In this document: positions 18,314 through 27,810 of the stretch, in pieces
How positions within the stretch are numbered: position 1 is the stretch's first letter
How the letters are laid out: the number at the start of each line of letters is the position of its first letter
Assembly (NCBI GenBank): GCA_964479955.1
Contig: CAYZNK010000001.1
Span: 77,073 to 141,072, forward strand
DNA length: 64,000 nt
Reading direction: 5' to 3'
Source of the DNA: an uncultured Candidatus Saccharibacteria bacterium
GTDB lineage: Bacteria; Patescibacteriota; Minisyncoccia; Minisyncoccales; Staskawiczbacteraceae
Position numbers and translations under genes: made by a program
The notes under the pieces: generated by a model
What the model saw: only the letters and a program-made list of their open reading frames with translations
What the model was told of the DNA's origin: nothing
The model's database searches: none

Positions 18314-19270
18314 ATGAAAATAAATGATATTTTTAATTTGGCAATTGAAATGGGAAAGGACGCTGATTTTCGCGGAAAGGACGGGGTAGAAAAAATATTG
18401 CAGGAAAAAAAGAAAAAGTTTGAAAAGCTTTCTGAAAGAGATAAGGAAAATTTTGATAAGGATGCCTTAATAAATCCATTTTTGGATTCAGGGGTTTATA
18501 ATGTTGCAGATTTTCCAGCTGGAGAAAAAGAGATTAAAAAAGTTTTGATTGGCATTGATATAGGGCCTGAAGAAATTTTGATTGCAAAAGAATTAGGAGA
18601 TATTGATTTGGTGATAGCTCACCACCCCGTTGGTAAAGGCCTGGCCCAGCTGGCGGATGTTATGGATTTGCAGGCAGATGTTTATAATTATTATGGGGTT
18701 CCAATAAATGTTGCAGAGGGATTAATGAAAGAAAGAATTTCCGAGGTTGCCAGGGGTGTTAATGCTTCAAACCATCAAAGAACGGTTGATGCCGCCAGGA
18801 TATTGGGAATCAGTCTGATGAACTCCCATACTCCCTGTGATAATTTAGCGGCCCAATTTTTGAAAAAAATAATCGAAGAAAAAAATCCTGAGTTTATAGA
18901 AGATTTAATTGGGTTATTAAAAGAAATTCCAGAGTACAAAGAAGCTATGAAAATTGGTGTGGGGCCTAAAATTTTTGTTGGAAATTCTGATAATCATTGC
19001 GGGAAAATAGCGTTAACAGAAATAACAGGCGGTACAGAGGGCTCTCCTAAGCTTTATGAAAAATTAGCTCAAGTGGGGATCGGTACGGTTATTGGAATGC
19101 ATATTTCAGAAGATCACAGAAAGGAAGCTCAGGCAGCCAATGTTAATGTTGTAATAGCAGGGCACATATCTTCTGACTCTTTGGGGGTTAATTTGTTTTC
19201 CGATGAATTAGAAAAAAAAGGAATCGAAATTATTCCATGCTCCGGATTCACAAGGGTCTCCAGATGCTAA
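18314..19270 (+). CDS. NIF3-like dinuclear-metal-centre protein (tentative)
   Basis: Spacing of LVIAHHP, NSHTPCDN, TGGTEGS and IAGHISSD matches the NIF3/YbgI metal-ligand pattern. Confidence 0.45.
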   Translation: MKINDIFNLAIEMGKDADFRGKDGVEKILQEKKKKFEKLSERDKENFDKDALINPFLDSGVYNVADFPAGEKEIKKVLIGIDIGPEEILIAKELGDIDLVIAHHPVGKGLAQLADVMDLQADVYNYYGVPINVAEGLMKERISEVARGVNASNHQRTVDAARILGISLMNSHTPCDNLAAQFLKKIIEEKNPEFIEDLIGLLKEIPEYKEAMKIGVGPKIFVGNSDNHCGKIALTEITGGTEGSPKLYEKLAQVGIGTVIGMHISEDHRKEAQAANVNVVIAGHISSDSLGVNLFSDELEKKGIEIIPCSGFTRVSRC

Positions 19271-19326
19271 TCATTTTTTTCCAAAATATATTAAAGGTCA
19301 AAGTAACCATATTATATTAAAAAAAT

Positions 19327-19668
19327 ATGATAAAAAAGAAAAAAATATCAAAGTCCCCCCAAAAACTTTTAAAGAAGAAAACCGTTAAAGCCAAAAATCC
19401 TAAAAAAGAAAAACCTCCTGTTCTCAAGAAAGCAGGAAAAATAACGCATTATTTTTCCGAAATTAAAGTTGCTGTTGTAAAGTTATCTTGTCCCTTAAAA
19501 ATTGGGGACAGTATAAGAATAATTGGCGGCAAAGACACGGATTTTAATCAAAAAGTAAAATCAATGCAGGTTGACCACAAGAGCGTTAAAACTGCCAAGA
19601 AAGGAAAGACAATAGGATTAAAAACAGACAAAAAGGTCAGGGAGGGATACTTTATATATAAAGTATAA
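19327..19668 (+). CDS. Small basic protein with a translation-factor-like beta-barrel C-terminal domain (tentative)
   Basis: Lys-rich N-terminal 40 aa, then KVAVVKLSCPLKIGDSIRIIGG...TIGLKTD, which resembles EF-Tu domain-2-type barrels. Weak call. Confidence 0.35.
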   Translation: MIKKKKISKSPQKLLKKKTVKAKNPKKEKPPVLKKAGKITHYFSEIKVAVVKLSCPLKIGDSIRIIGGKDTDFNQKVKSMQVDHKSVKTAKKGKTIGLKTDKKVREGYFIYKV

Positions 19669-19669
19669 T

Positions 19670-20161
19670 ATGGAAAATATAAAAGAAGAAATAAAAGACA
19701 AGATTATTGACTTGATTTCTGCTTCAAGTTCAGGCAGGCTGATAGTTTTTAAGCCAGAAAATAAAGTTTTTGGGGAGGATTTGTCGGTTGCAAAAAGGGC
19801 TGACTACGATGGAAAAAATATTTTAATAAGGGTTGTCAGTTTGATCGGCCCGTCTGATAGCACTGTTTTGCAAAAAGACTTTTTAAAAGAGGACATTAAA
19901 ACAGATGATAATTTTTATTTTATTTTTGCTTACTTTGATATTATAAGACAAAAAATAGGAGATTATATCTGGATGGTCCCCTCTTTGAAGTTAAAAGAAT
20001 TGGCAAACAAGGATAACCCCGAAAACAATAATAATATTTTAACCGTAAAAATATTATTAAATAGTAAAGAAAAAAATAAATATTCTGAATTTTCTGTTCC
20101 TATTAAAAATTTAGGTAAATTAATATTTGATTTAGCAACTTCTGAAAAAAATAAAAAATGA
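19670..20161 (+). CDS. Hypothetical protein (163 aa)
   Basis: ORF tightly packed between neighbours, with a 4-nt ATGA overlap with the next gene. No motif recognised. Confidence 0.5.
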   Translation: MENIKEEIKDKIIDLISASSSGRLIVFKPENKVFGEDLSVAKRADYDGKNILIRVVSLIGPSDSTVLQKDFLKEDIKTDDNFYFIFAYFDIIRQKIGDYIWMVPSLKLKELANKDNPENNNNILTVKILLNSKEKNKYSEFSVPIKNLGKLIFDLATSEKNKK

Positions 20162-21420
20162 AAATAATAGCCGACTTGCACATACACTCAAAGTATTCCA
20201 GAGCAACTTCGCCCCTGACGGATTTGAATAATTTGGATAAATGGGCAAAAATAAAGGGAGTTAATGTTCTGGGTACAGGAGACTTTACTCATCCTCTATG
20301 GGTAAAAGAATTAAAGGAAAAACTGGAGCCGGCCGAACAGGGACTTTTAAAATTACGAAAACTAAAATCCCCAACAAGGTTTATTTTAACGGCAGAAATA
20401 AGCTGCATATATTCAAAAGAAATTACAGGGAAACCCAAAAAAACCAGAAAAATCCACATTGTTATTTTGGCTCCGTCTTTTGAGGCAGTTGATAGAATAA
20501 ACGCAAAACTTAGCCTAATTGGGAATTTAAAATCAGACGGAAGGCCCATATTGGGCCTTGATGTCAAAGAGTTGGCAAAAATTATTTTGGATATAAATAG
20601 GAGCTGTCTTATTGTACCCGCTCACATCTGGACGCCGTGGTTTTCTGTTTTCGGGTCAAAATCCGGATTTGACACATTGGAGGAATGCTTTGAAGATTAT
20701 ACAAAATATATTTACGCCGTAGAAACGGGGCTTTCTTCTGACCCTGCGATGAATTGGAGGCTGTCTATGCTGGATAATATTGCCTTGATTTCAAATTCGG
20801 ATTGCCATTCTCCTCAAAAAATTGGCAGAGAAGCAAATGTTTTTGATACGGACATGAGTTATGACGCAATAATAGATGCGATAAAACAAAAAAACAGGGA
20901 TAAATTTTTATATACAATAGAGTTTTTTCCCGAAGAGGGGAAATATCATTATGACGGCCACAGGCTGTGTAATGTGGTTTTAAAGCCCGCAGAATCAAAA
21001 AAAAACAACAGTATTTGCCCTGTTTGCAAGAAAACTTTAACAATAGGTGTTTTAAATAGGGTAGAAGAGCTTGCTGACAGACCGGAAGGCTTTGTCCCTA
21101 AAAATGTAGTCCCTTTTAAAAGTTTAATTCCGCTTGAAGAAGTAATAGCCGATTCCATAGGAACAACAACGGCTTCAAAAAGAGTGCCTGTTATTTATGA
21201 TGGCCTAACAAATAATTTAGGAAACGAATTCAATATTTTATTAGAAGCTGATGCAAAAGATATAAAGAAAGCCAGCTCCCAGAATATCGCAGATGGAATT
21301 TTGAAAGTGAGAAACGGCAATATTAAAATAAGCCCCGGATATGACGGGGTTTACGGAAAGATAAAAATTTTTGAAGATTTTCCGAATAATAAGCAGTTTT
21401 TACAAAAGCCGTTGTTGTAA
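20158..21420 (+). CDS. Endonuclease Q-like PHP-domain protein
   Basis: N-terminal ADLHIHSKYSRATSP PHP motif, GTGDFTHP, and a central CPVCKK...GVLNRVEELA zinc-finger segment. About 420 aa, as in archaeal/bacterial EndoQ. Confidence 0.6.
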   Translation: MKIIADLHIHSKYSRATSPLTDLNNLDKWAKIKGVNVLGTGDFTHPLWVKELKEKLEPAEQGLLKLRKLKSPTRFILTAEISCIYSKEITGKPKKTRKIHIVILAPSFEAVDRINAKLSLIGNLKSDGRPILGLDVKELAKIILDINRSCLIVPAHIWTPWFSVFGSKSGFDTLEECFEDYTKYIYAVETGLSSDPAMNWRLSMLDNIALISNSDCHSPQKIGREANVFDTDMSYDAIIDAIKQKNRDKFLYTIEFFPEEGKYHYDGHRLCNVVLKPAESKKNNSICPVCKKTLTIGVLNRVEELADRPEGFVPKNVVPFKSLIPLEEVIADSIGTTTASKRVPVIYDGLTNNLGNEFNILLEADAKDIKKASSQNIADGILKVRNGNIKISPGYDGVYGKIKIFEDFPNNKQFLQKPLL

Positions 21421-21508
21421 TAGTTTTTAACAGGGTTGACATAGGTCTCTTGTAATAATAAAATGATAAATACTCTTACAGAGTTTATAAATAAAGTTAT
21501 AAAGTACA

Positions 21509-21985
21509 ATGAACAAAAAAGTTTTTTTTATAACCAAACTAAAGCTGCAAGAGCTTGAACAGGAATATAAAAAACTACTTGAGCTTGAAAGGTTAAAAAC
21601 CACCGGTGAAGAAGCGCCCAAAATTTTTGAATCAGAAGACATTAATCCTGAATTTTTGAGTTTTCAGGAAGATATGGGGGTTTTAAGGTCAAGAATCGAT
21701 GAGATAAAAAATATTTTGGACCATTACGAGATTATTAAGGCTCCAAATAAAGAAAAAGCCCAGTTTGTTGATTTAGGGGCAAAAATAAAGGTTGATGTAA
21801 ATGGCCAAAAAGACGAATTTATAATAGTGGGTACCCTTGAAGCAAATCCTGCTTTGCAAAAAATAAGCAATGAGTCCCCTGTTGGAAGGGCGCTTTTGGG
21901 CCATAAAGTTGGTGACGAGATTACAGTTGATTCTCCAGTCAAAACCGTTTACAAGATAAAGAATATAAGATACGAAAGTTTATAG
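21509..21985 (+). CDS. greA: Transcription elongation factor GreA
   Basis: N-terminal coiled coil and C-terminal SPVGRALLGHKVGDEITV motif; 158 aa. Followed by the aaacccctctttaagaggggttt terminator at about 22000-22024. Confidence 0.88.
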   Translation: MNKKVFFITKLKLQELEQEYKKLLELERLKTTGEEAPKIFESEDINPEFLSFQEDMGVLRSRIDEIKNILDHYEIIKAPNKEKAQFVDLGAKIKVDVNGQKDEFIIVGTLEANPALQKISNESPVGRALLGHKVGDEITVDSPVKTVYKIKNIRYESL

Positions 21986-22082
21986 CCGTGTTTTGTATAA
22001 ACCCCTCTTTAAGAGGGGTTTTAAATTACTAAAGAGACAAATTGTAGTATAATATAAAAAATATAATATCTAATTTAAATAT

Positions 22083-22724
22083 ATGGCAAAACTAATAAAT
22101 AAAATAGTAAAAGCATTAATAATAAGTGATTTTTTTCTAAACTTAGGGTGGGGACTTTTGTCACCGGTTTTTGCTTTGTTCATTTTGGAAAAAATAACGT
22201 TTCAAGATCCGTTAAAGGCAGCTGAAGTTGCGGGTCTGTCAGCTTTATTCTATTGGATATCAAAATCTTTTCTTGAAATTCCAATAGGATATTTTTTAGA
22301 TAAGAAACGAGGAGAAAGAGACGATTTTTGGTTTATGGTAATAGGTACACTCATAACTGGTTTTGTCCCAATAGGATTTTTATTTTCAAATACTCCGCCG
22401 CATATTTATTTATGGCAGGTAGTCCATGCCGTTGGAATGGCAATGGCTTTGCCTTCGTGGCTTGCTATTTTTACGCGCCACATAGATAAAGGAAAAGAAG
22501 GTTTTGAATGGGGAATGGAAACCACATCAATAGGCACGGGAGCTGGAATTGCGGGAGGAATTGGCGGTATAATTGTAGGATATGTAGGGTTTAATACTTT
22601 ATTTTTTATAGTTAGTGGAATGAATTTTATTTCTGTAATTTGCCTCCTGTTTATTAGAAACAGCATGCACGCTAGAAAAGAAAGCGAGACCATAATTACA
22701 GAAAGGCCCGTAATTGAACCTTAA
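22083..22724 (+). CDS. Six-TM membrane protein, MFS-like half-size transporter (tentative)
   Basis: Six hydrophobic helices and the loop GYFLDKKRGERD, which resembles the MFS D-R/K-x-G-R-R/K motif. Confidence 0.35.
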   Translation: MAKLINKIVKALIISDFFLNLGWGLLSPVFALFILEKITFQDPLKAAEVAGLSALFYWISKSFLEIPIGYFLDKKRGERDDFWFMVIGTLITGFVPIGFLFSNTPPHIYLWQVVHAVGMAMALPSWLAIFTRHIDKGKEGFEWGMETTSIGTGAGIAGGIGGIIVGYVGFNTLFFIVSGMNFISVICLLFIRNSMHARKESETIITERPVIEP

Positions 22725-22729
22725 GTAAT

Positions 22730-24463
22730 ATGAGTCAGAAAAACCAAGAATTATCAAAAATTTTTTACAGCATAGCGGAGTTTTTGGAGGTAGACGGGGT
22801 AAGCTTTAAACCTTTTGCATACAGAAGAGCGGCCTTATCTTTGGAAAACTTAAAAGAGGATATTTTTGATATTTACAAAAAGGGAGGAAATAAATTGTTG
22901 CAGAAAATTCCGGGCGTTGGAGAAAATATTGCAAATCACATCGAAGAATATTTAAAAACAGGGAAAGTTAAAATCTATGAGCAATATAAAAAGAGTTTGC
23001 CGCTTAAAATGGACGAGCTGATGAGAGTTGAGGGGTTGGGCCCCAAAAAAATAAAAATTCTCTATCAAAAATTAGGTGTTAAAAATTTAAGAGATTTAGA
23101 AAAAGCCGTAAAAAACCATAAAATAGCTCCCATATTCGGTTTTGGAGAAAAAACAGAGCAGAATATTATGCAAGGTATTGAATTTCAGAAACAAAACAAA
23201 GGAAGGGTTTTGCTGGGGCAAATTTTACCCCTAGCAGAAAACGTATTATTGGAGTTAAAAAATTTTAGCAGTATTGACGGTGCTGATTTGGCGGGTTCTC
23301 TCAGGAGACGCAAAGAAACAATTGGAGATATTGATATTCTTGTTGTATCTGAAGATTCCGAAAAAGTAATGGATTTTTTTATTTCGCTGGATTTAGTTAA
23401 AAAAGTTTTAGCAAAAGGCGAAACTAAAACTTCAATATACACAAAAGAAGGATTTGATATTGATTTAAGGGTTGTTCCAATGGACAGTTTTGGGTCAGCT
23501 CTTCAGTATTTTACGGGTTCGAAAGAACATAATATTGCTCTAAGAAAAATTGCTATTGAAAAAGGTTTTAAATTAAGCGAATATGGGCTTTTCAAGGGCC
23601 AGGAAAAAATTGCAGGCAGAACGGAAAAAGAAATTTACGAAGTTTTGGGTTTGCAATATGTACCCCCGGAAATTCGTGAAGACCAAGGAGAAATTCAGGC
23701 CAGCTTAGACAGTAGTCTGCCTGAGTTAGTGGAATTGAGAGACATAAAAGGAGACCTGCATTGCCACTCTGATTGGGATGGAGGAAAAAATTCAATTGAA
23801 GACATGGCAAAGTCTGCTATGGCTTATGGATACAGCTATATAGGGATTTCAGACCACACAAAATTTTTAAGGATTGAAAAAGGGCTGAATGAAAAGCAAT
23901 TGCTTTCCCAGCACAGTCAAATCAAAGAGACAAACGAAAAATTCAAAAAATTTGGCTTTACAATTCTTCACGGGTGCGAAACAAATATTTTAAATGACGG
24001 GTCAGTTGATATAAAAGATGATGTTCTGGAAAAAATGGATTATGTTATTGCGGGCGTCCATTCCAGCCTGAAAATGCCAAAAAAGGAAATGACAGACAGA
24101 ATAATAAAAGCAATGGAAAATCCCAATATTGACATTGTTTCTCACCCCACAGGAAGACTTATTAATAGGAGAGAGGAATATCAGCTGGATTTTGATAAAA
24201 TTCTGGAAACCGCAAAAAGAACAGGAACGATTCTGGAGATTAACTCGTCTCCTGAAAGACTGGACTTAAGGGACATATATATAAGAAGAGCAAAAGAGTT
24301 TGGGATTAAAATGATTATTAATACGGATTCACACCAAAAAGAACAACTAGGGCTTATGAAATACGGAATATTCCAGGCCCGTCGCGGTTGGGCAGAAAAA
24401 TCAGACATAATAAACACTTTAACGTTAGAAAAATTATTAAAAAGCTTTAAGCCAATTAAATAG
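22730..24463 (+). CDS. polX: Family X DNA polymerase with C-terminal PHP 3'-5' exonuclease domain (PolX)
   Basis: HhH motifs (IPGVGENIANHI, VEGLGPKKI), nucleotidyltransferase GSLRRRKETIGDIDIL, and PHP GDLHCHSDWDGG...SDHT...HPTGR. Confidence 0.92.
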   Translation: MSQKNQELSKIFYSIAEFLEVDGVSFKPFAYRRAALSLENLKEDIFDIYKKGGNKLLQKIPGVGENIANHIEEYLKTGKVKIYEQYKKSLPLKMDELMRVEGLGPKKIKILYQKLGVKNLRDLEKAVKNHKIAPIFGFGEKTEQNIMQGIEFQKQNKGRVLLGQILPLAENVLLELKNFSSIDGADLAGSLRRRKETIGDIDILVVSEDSEKVMDFFISLDLVKKVLAKGETKTSIYTKEGFDIDLRVVPMDSFGSALQYFTGSKEHNIALRKIAIEKGFKLSEYGLFKGQEKIAGRTEKEIYEVLGLQYVPPEIREDQGEIQASLDSSLPELVELRDIKGDLHCHSDWDGGKNSIEDMAKSAMAYGYSYIGISDHTKFLRIEKGLNEKQLLSQHSQIKETNEKFKKFGFTILHGCETNILNDGSVDIKDDVLEKMDYVIAGVHSSLKMPKKEMTDRIIKAMENPNIDIVSHPTGRLINRREEYQLDFDKILETAKRTGTILEINSSPERLDLRDIYIRRAKEFGIKMIINTDSHQKEQLGLMKYGIFQARRGWAEKSDIINTLTLEKLLKSFKPIK

Positions 24464-24465
24464 TT

Positions 24466-24942
24466 ATGCCAAGAGAAAAATCAGCGGGAGCAATAATTTT
24501 TAGAAGAGAATCGGGTAATGTTTATTTTTTGCTTTTGCACTACCCCGGAATAAATCGTAAGGGCGGACATTGGGAATTTGCCAAAGGTCATATAGAAAAT
24601 AATGAAGCTGAAGAAATAGCGGCCATAAGAGAAATAAAAGAAGAGACGGGAATTTCAGACGTCCAGATTTTGTCTGGATTCAAAAAGTACATTAAATATT
24701 TTTTTAAAAAAAACAAAAAATTTTTAAAAAAAGAAACGGAAAAGTCCGGGAAAAAATCAGCCTGGATTTTTAAATTGGTGGCATTTTTTATAGCAGAAAC
24801 CAAAACCAAGGAAGTAAATCTTTCTCCAGAACATACAGATTTTTTGTGGCTACCGTTTGATGAAGCTCATAAAAAAGTAACCTATAAAAATTCAAAAGAG
24901 CTTTTAAGAGAAGCCAACGATTTTTTAAGGAACCATAGATAG
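24466..24942 (+). CDS. NUDIX hydrolase (Ap4A hydrolase-like)
   Basis: Nudix box GHWEFAKGHIENNEAEEIAAIREIKEETG. Confidence 0.85.
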   Translation: MPREKSAGAIIFRRESGNVYFLLLHYPGINRKGGHWEFAKGHIENNEAEEIAAIREIKEETGISDVQILSGFKKYIKYFFKKNKKFLKKETEKSGKKSAWIFKLVAFFIAETKTKEVNLSPEHTDFLWLPFDEAHKKVTYKNSKELLREANDFLRNHR

Positions 24943-24979
24943 TTTTGAAAACAATGCACATCAAGCAGTTGTCCGGTAT

Positions 24980-25018
24980 CAAACAAAAAAAAGGAGCATC
25001 GCTCCATTTTTTTGTTTG
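24980..25018. terminator. Bidirectional terminator (ggagc-atc-gctcc core extended by A-run/T-run pairing)
   Basis: caaacaaaaaaaaggagcatcgctccatttttttgtttg, between the convergent NUDIX gene and rplT. Confidence 0.7.
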
Positions 25019-25023
25019 ATTAA

Positions 25024-25371
25024 TTAGGATTTTACTTCTTCAATAATTTTTGCAAATACCTGCGGATAGTTTTTTGCAAGTGTTGAAAGAGATTTTCTAT
25101 CTAATTCTATTTTTTTGTTTTTCAATCCGCTTATTAGCTTGCTGTATGTTATTCCATTCTCTCTTGCTAATGCGTTTATTTGGAGGTTCCAAAGATTTCT
25201 GAAGTTTCTTTTTTTGGCTTTTCTGTCGCGGTATGCATAGGTAAGAGCATGCCTTAATGCGTCTTTTGCTAATTTAAATTTTGATTTTCTGCCGTATTTA
25301 AAACCCTTTGTTTGTTTTAAAACATTTTTCCTATGTTTTCTGGCTTGTACGGCTCTTTTTATTCTTGTCAT
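25024..25371 (-). CDS. rplT: 50S ribosomal protein L20
   Basis: MTRIKRAVQARKHRKNVLKQTKGF... is the canonical L20 sequence. Confidence 0.95.
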   Translation of the reverse strand: MTRIKRAVQARKHRKNVLKQTKGFKYGRKSKFKLAKDALRHALTYAYRDRKAKKRNFRNLWNLQINALARENGITYSKLISGLKNKKIELDRKSLSTLAKNYPQVFAKIIEEVKS

Positions 25372-25387
25372 GTTTGCGAGTCTTCGC

Positions 25388-25579
25388 CTATCGGCTCAAA
25401 TATTTTTTAATTCTTTTTGCTTCGGTTTTTGAGAGACTTACCCACTTGCGACCTTTTCTTTTTCTCTCTCCCGTTTTTTTAGACCTGTAATGGTTTTGCC
25501 CGGACATTCTTCTTAAAATTTTTCCGTTTTTGGTAATTTTAAATCTCTTTGTCAGGGCCTTTTTTGTTTTTGTTGTCAT
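25388..25579 (-). CDS. rpmI: 50S ribosomal protein L35
   Basis: MTTKTKKALTKRFKITKNGKILRR... ATG at 25579 gives 63 aa. The track's longer TTG start (25606) is less likely. Confidence 0.9.
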   Translation of the reverse strand: MTTKTKKALTKRFKITKNGKILRRMSGQNHYRSKKTGERKRKGRKWVSLSKTEAKRIKKYLSR

Positions 25580-25652
25580 AGACTTTTCGCTAAAATCAAA
25601 ATTCAAAAATTTTCTATTTGTTTTTCAACCTTTGATTTTAAATATTATTTTT

Positions 25653-26159
25653 TTATGATTTTGAAATAATTGTTGTAAAACCTCTTGGCTCTTTTTTTAG
25701 TTCCCTTTCGGTTTTTATTGGAAGCAGGTCGTTTACCGCTTTTAAAAAAAATTCCACTTTATCCTTTGCCATATATCCAAATGCTTTTTCCCTGCCTCTT
25801 AAAACCAGGCTTATTTTTACCTTATTTCCTTCCTCCAGGAATTTTTTGGCCTGTTTGGCTTTTGTCTGGGAGTCATGCGGAGAAATGGTAAAACTTAACC
25901 TTATTTCTTTCAATTCTCCTCCTTTGGGATGGCCTATTTTTTTTTCTTTTTTCTGTTGGGAATACAGGTATTTTCCATAATTTGTAATTTTACAAATTGG
26001 TGGGTCAACTTTTTCTGTAACCTGTATTAAATCCAGGCCTTTTGATTTTGCCAAATCAATAGCATCAAATATATTCATTATGCCCAACTGTTTTCCTTCC
26101 TCGTCTATTATTCTTACCTCTTTTGCCCTTATAAAATTGTTGACTAATATTTTATTCAA
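25653..26159 (-). CDS. infC: Translation initiation factor IF-3
   Basis: IRAKEVRIIDEEGKQLGIM, and C-terminal domain KEIRLSFTISPHDSQTK. No ATG is available; the frame opens with TTG (26159), consistent with the non-canonical infC start used for autoregulation in other bacteria. Confidence 0.9.
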   Translation of the reverse strand: MNKILVNNFIRAKEVRIIDEEGKQLGIMNIFDAIDLAKSKGLDLIQVTEKVDPPICKITNYGKYLYSQQKKEKKIGHPKGGELKEIRLSFTISPHDSQTKAKQAKKFLEEGNKVKISLVLRGREKAFGYMAKDKVEFFLKAVNDLLPIKTERELKKEPRGFTTIISKS

Positions 26160-26173
26160 ATTATGTTTTTTAG

Positions 26174-26518
26174 TGGAAGTGGGGATGTTGAAATCCCGTC
26201 TGAAAAATTTTTTAAAATAATTCTACAAGTTTAGTTAATTTTGTTGTTCGGGCATTAAATAAAAAATTAACAAAATTTTTAATGCCTTATCTTCTTAATT
26301 TCAGCTGCTTTCCGAAGACTAAAGCAGCCCATCCTAATAATATAACACCTTTATCCGTTTATTAGGAGTCAACGGAAAAGATGCGGCATTAAGCGTATGC
26401 TAACGCCGGTTGCTTATTGAATAAATTAGCAATTATGTTTTTCTCAGAAGATTAATGAGCTGTGAGAAAGCTCAACCTGCCTTATTTTAAAGAACGATCC
26501 ATCGAAACATTCACTCCC
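26174..26518 (-). ncRNA. ssrA: tmRNA (SsrA), about 345 nt
   Basis: Minus-strand 5' GGGAGUG pairs with 3' CACUUCC, giving the G3-U alanine identity pair, then discriminator A. T-arm-like GGGAU-UUCAAC-AUCCC. UUCGAUGG near the 5' end. Internal tag frame GCU AAU UUA UUC AAU AAG CAA CCG GCG UUA GCA UAC GCU UAA = ANLFNKQPALAYA* (26430->26389). Directly downstream of smpB. Confidence 0.82.
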
Positions 26519-26969
26519 GTGATAATTCCCGGTTAACCTCCCGGCTAATGTCTCTTTTTTTAATTTTCTCTTTTTTATCGTATTTTTTCTTTCCCTTAGC
26601 TAATCCAAATTCAAGTTTTATTCTACCACTTTTATCATAAACTTTCAAGGGTATGAGGGAAAATCCCTTTTGTTTGGCTTTTCCTGTAAGCTCGTTTATT
26701 TCCTTTTTATTTAAGAGCAATTTTCTTAATCTTTCTTCGTTATAGCCGGCTCCCGCGTTATTTGGCTGGTATGGGGGTATTTTTACTCCTACTAAATAGA
26801 GCTCGCTGTCTTTTAAGGAAACATAGGACCCTGACAGATTTATACGTCCTGTTCTGATTGATTTTACCTCCTGTCCAAACAAAACAATCCCGGCTTCAAA
26901 CTTGTCCAGAATATTATAGTCGTAATAACCCTTCTTGTTCTCTGAATAGATTTTAGACATAACAAACAT
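26511..26969 (-). CDS. smpB: SsrA-binding protein SmpB
   Basis: YDYNILDKFEAGIVLFGQEVKSIR...LYLVGVKIPPY and a basic C-terminal tail. An alternative ATG lies at 26960. Confidence 0.93.
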   Translation of the reverse strand: MFVMSKIYSENKKGYYDYNILDKFEAGIVLFGQEVKSIRTGRINLSGSYVSLKDSELYLVGVKIPPYQPNNAGAGYNEERLRKLLLNKKEINELTGKAKQKGFSLIPLKVYDKSGRIKLEFGLAKGKKKYDKKEKIKKRDISREVNRELSRE

Positions 26970-27096
26970 TTATATTATATATTTTAATGATAACATAATA
27001 CCATTTTTATTTAATAGTAACAAGGCGCAATAATCCAGGATTTTTATGCTTATCATCTTTATTTTTGTATTGTTTTGTGATAAATTTAACTATAAT

Positions 27097-27810
27097 ATGA
27101 GGAAAAAATCAGCTATTGCCAAAGCCAATGGTTTGGCAAGGGAAACAATTGTGATTTCTTTGGGCGGGAGTCTAGTTGCCCCTGATGGCATTGATATTGA
27201 ATTTTTAAAAAGATTTAAGCAGTCTTTGCAAAAATTTTTGAGTAGCAAAAACTTTATTATTTTTGTTGGAGGAGGTAAAATAGCAAGGGTTTATCAAAGA
27301 GCCCTGGCAGAGTTTGGAGTAAAGGACAAAGAAAAAGATTTAATTGGTATTGCTGTTTCAAAATTGAATGCAGAAGTTGTAAAAAATGTTTTTAGCAAGA
27401 CAGCAGAAAAAGAAATCATCGTAGACCCAACTAAAAGAATCCGAACTAAAAAAAATATTATAGTGGGAGCAGGATGGAAGCCAGGATGGTCTACAGATTA
27501 TGTTTCTGTTTTGTCTGCCAAAATTAACAAAATAAAAAAAATAATAAATCTAACCAATATCGATTATGTTTATGACAAAAACCCAAAAGATTTTCCTGAA
27601 GCAAAGCCTATAAAAGAAATCAATTGGAAAGATTTTTTAAATATTGTAGGAAATAAGTGGAGCCCAGGGTTATCAATGCCCTTTGACCCAAGGGCTTCAA
27701 GAATAGCCCAAAAATTGAAAATAAAAGTGGTAATCATAAACGGAAAGAATTTGGAAAGGTTTGAGGATTTTTTAAACAACAGGCCATTTGAAGGAACCAT
27801 CATACAATGA
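27097..27810 (+). CDS. pyrH: UMP kinase, archaeal-type (amino-acid kinase fold)
   Basis: VISLGGSLV, FVGGGKIARVY, GWKPGWSTD. ATG at 27097 preferred, since the track ORF starts upstream in a hydrophobic non-conserved leader. Confidence 0.7.
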   Translation: MRKKSAIAKANGLARETIVISLGGSLVAPDGIDIEFLKRFKQSLQKFLSSKNFIIFVGGGKIARVYQRALAEFGVKDKEKDLIGIAVSKLNAEVVKNVFSKTAEKEIIVDPTKRIRTKKNIIVGAGWKPGWSTDYVSVLSAKINKIKKIINLTNIDYVYDKNPKDFPEAKPIKEINWKDFLNIVGNKWSPGLSMPFDPRASRIAQKLKIKVVIINGKNLERFEDFLNNRPFEGTIIQ

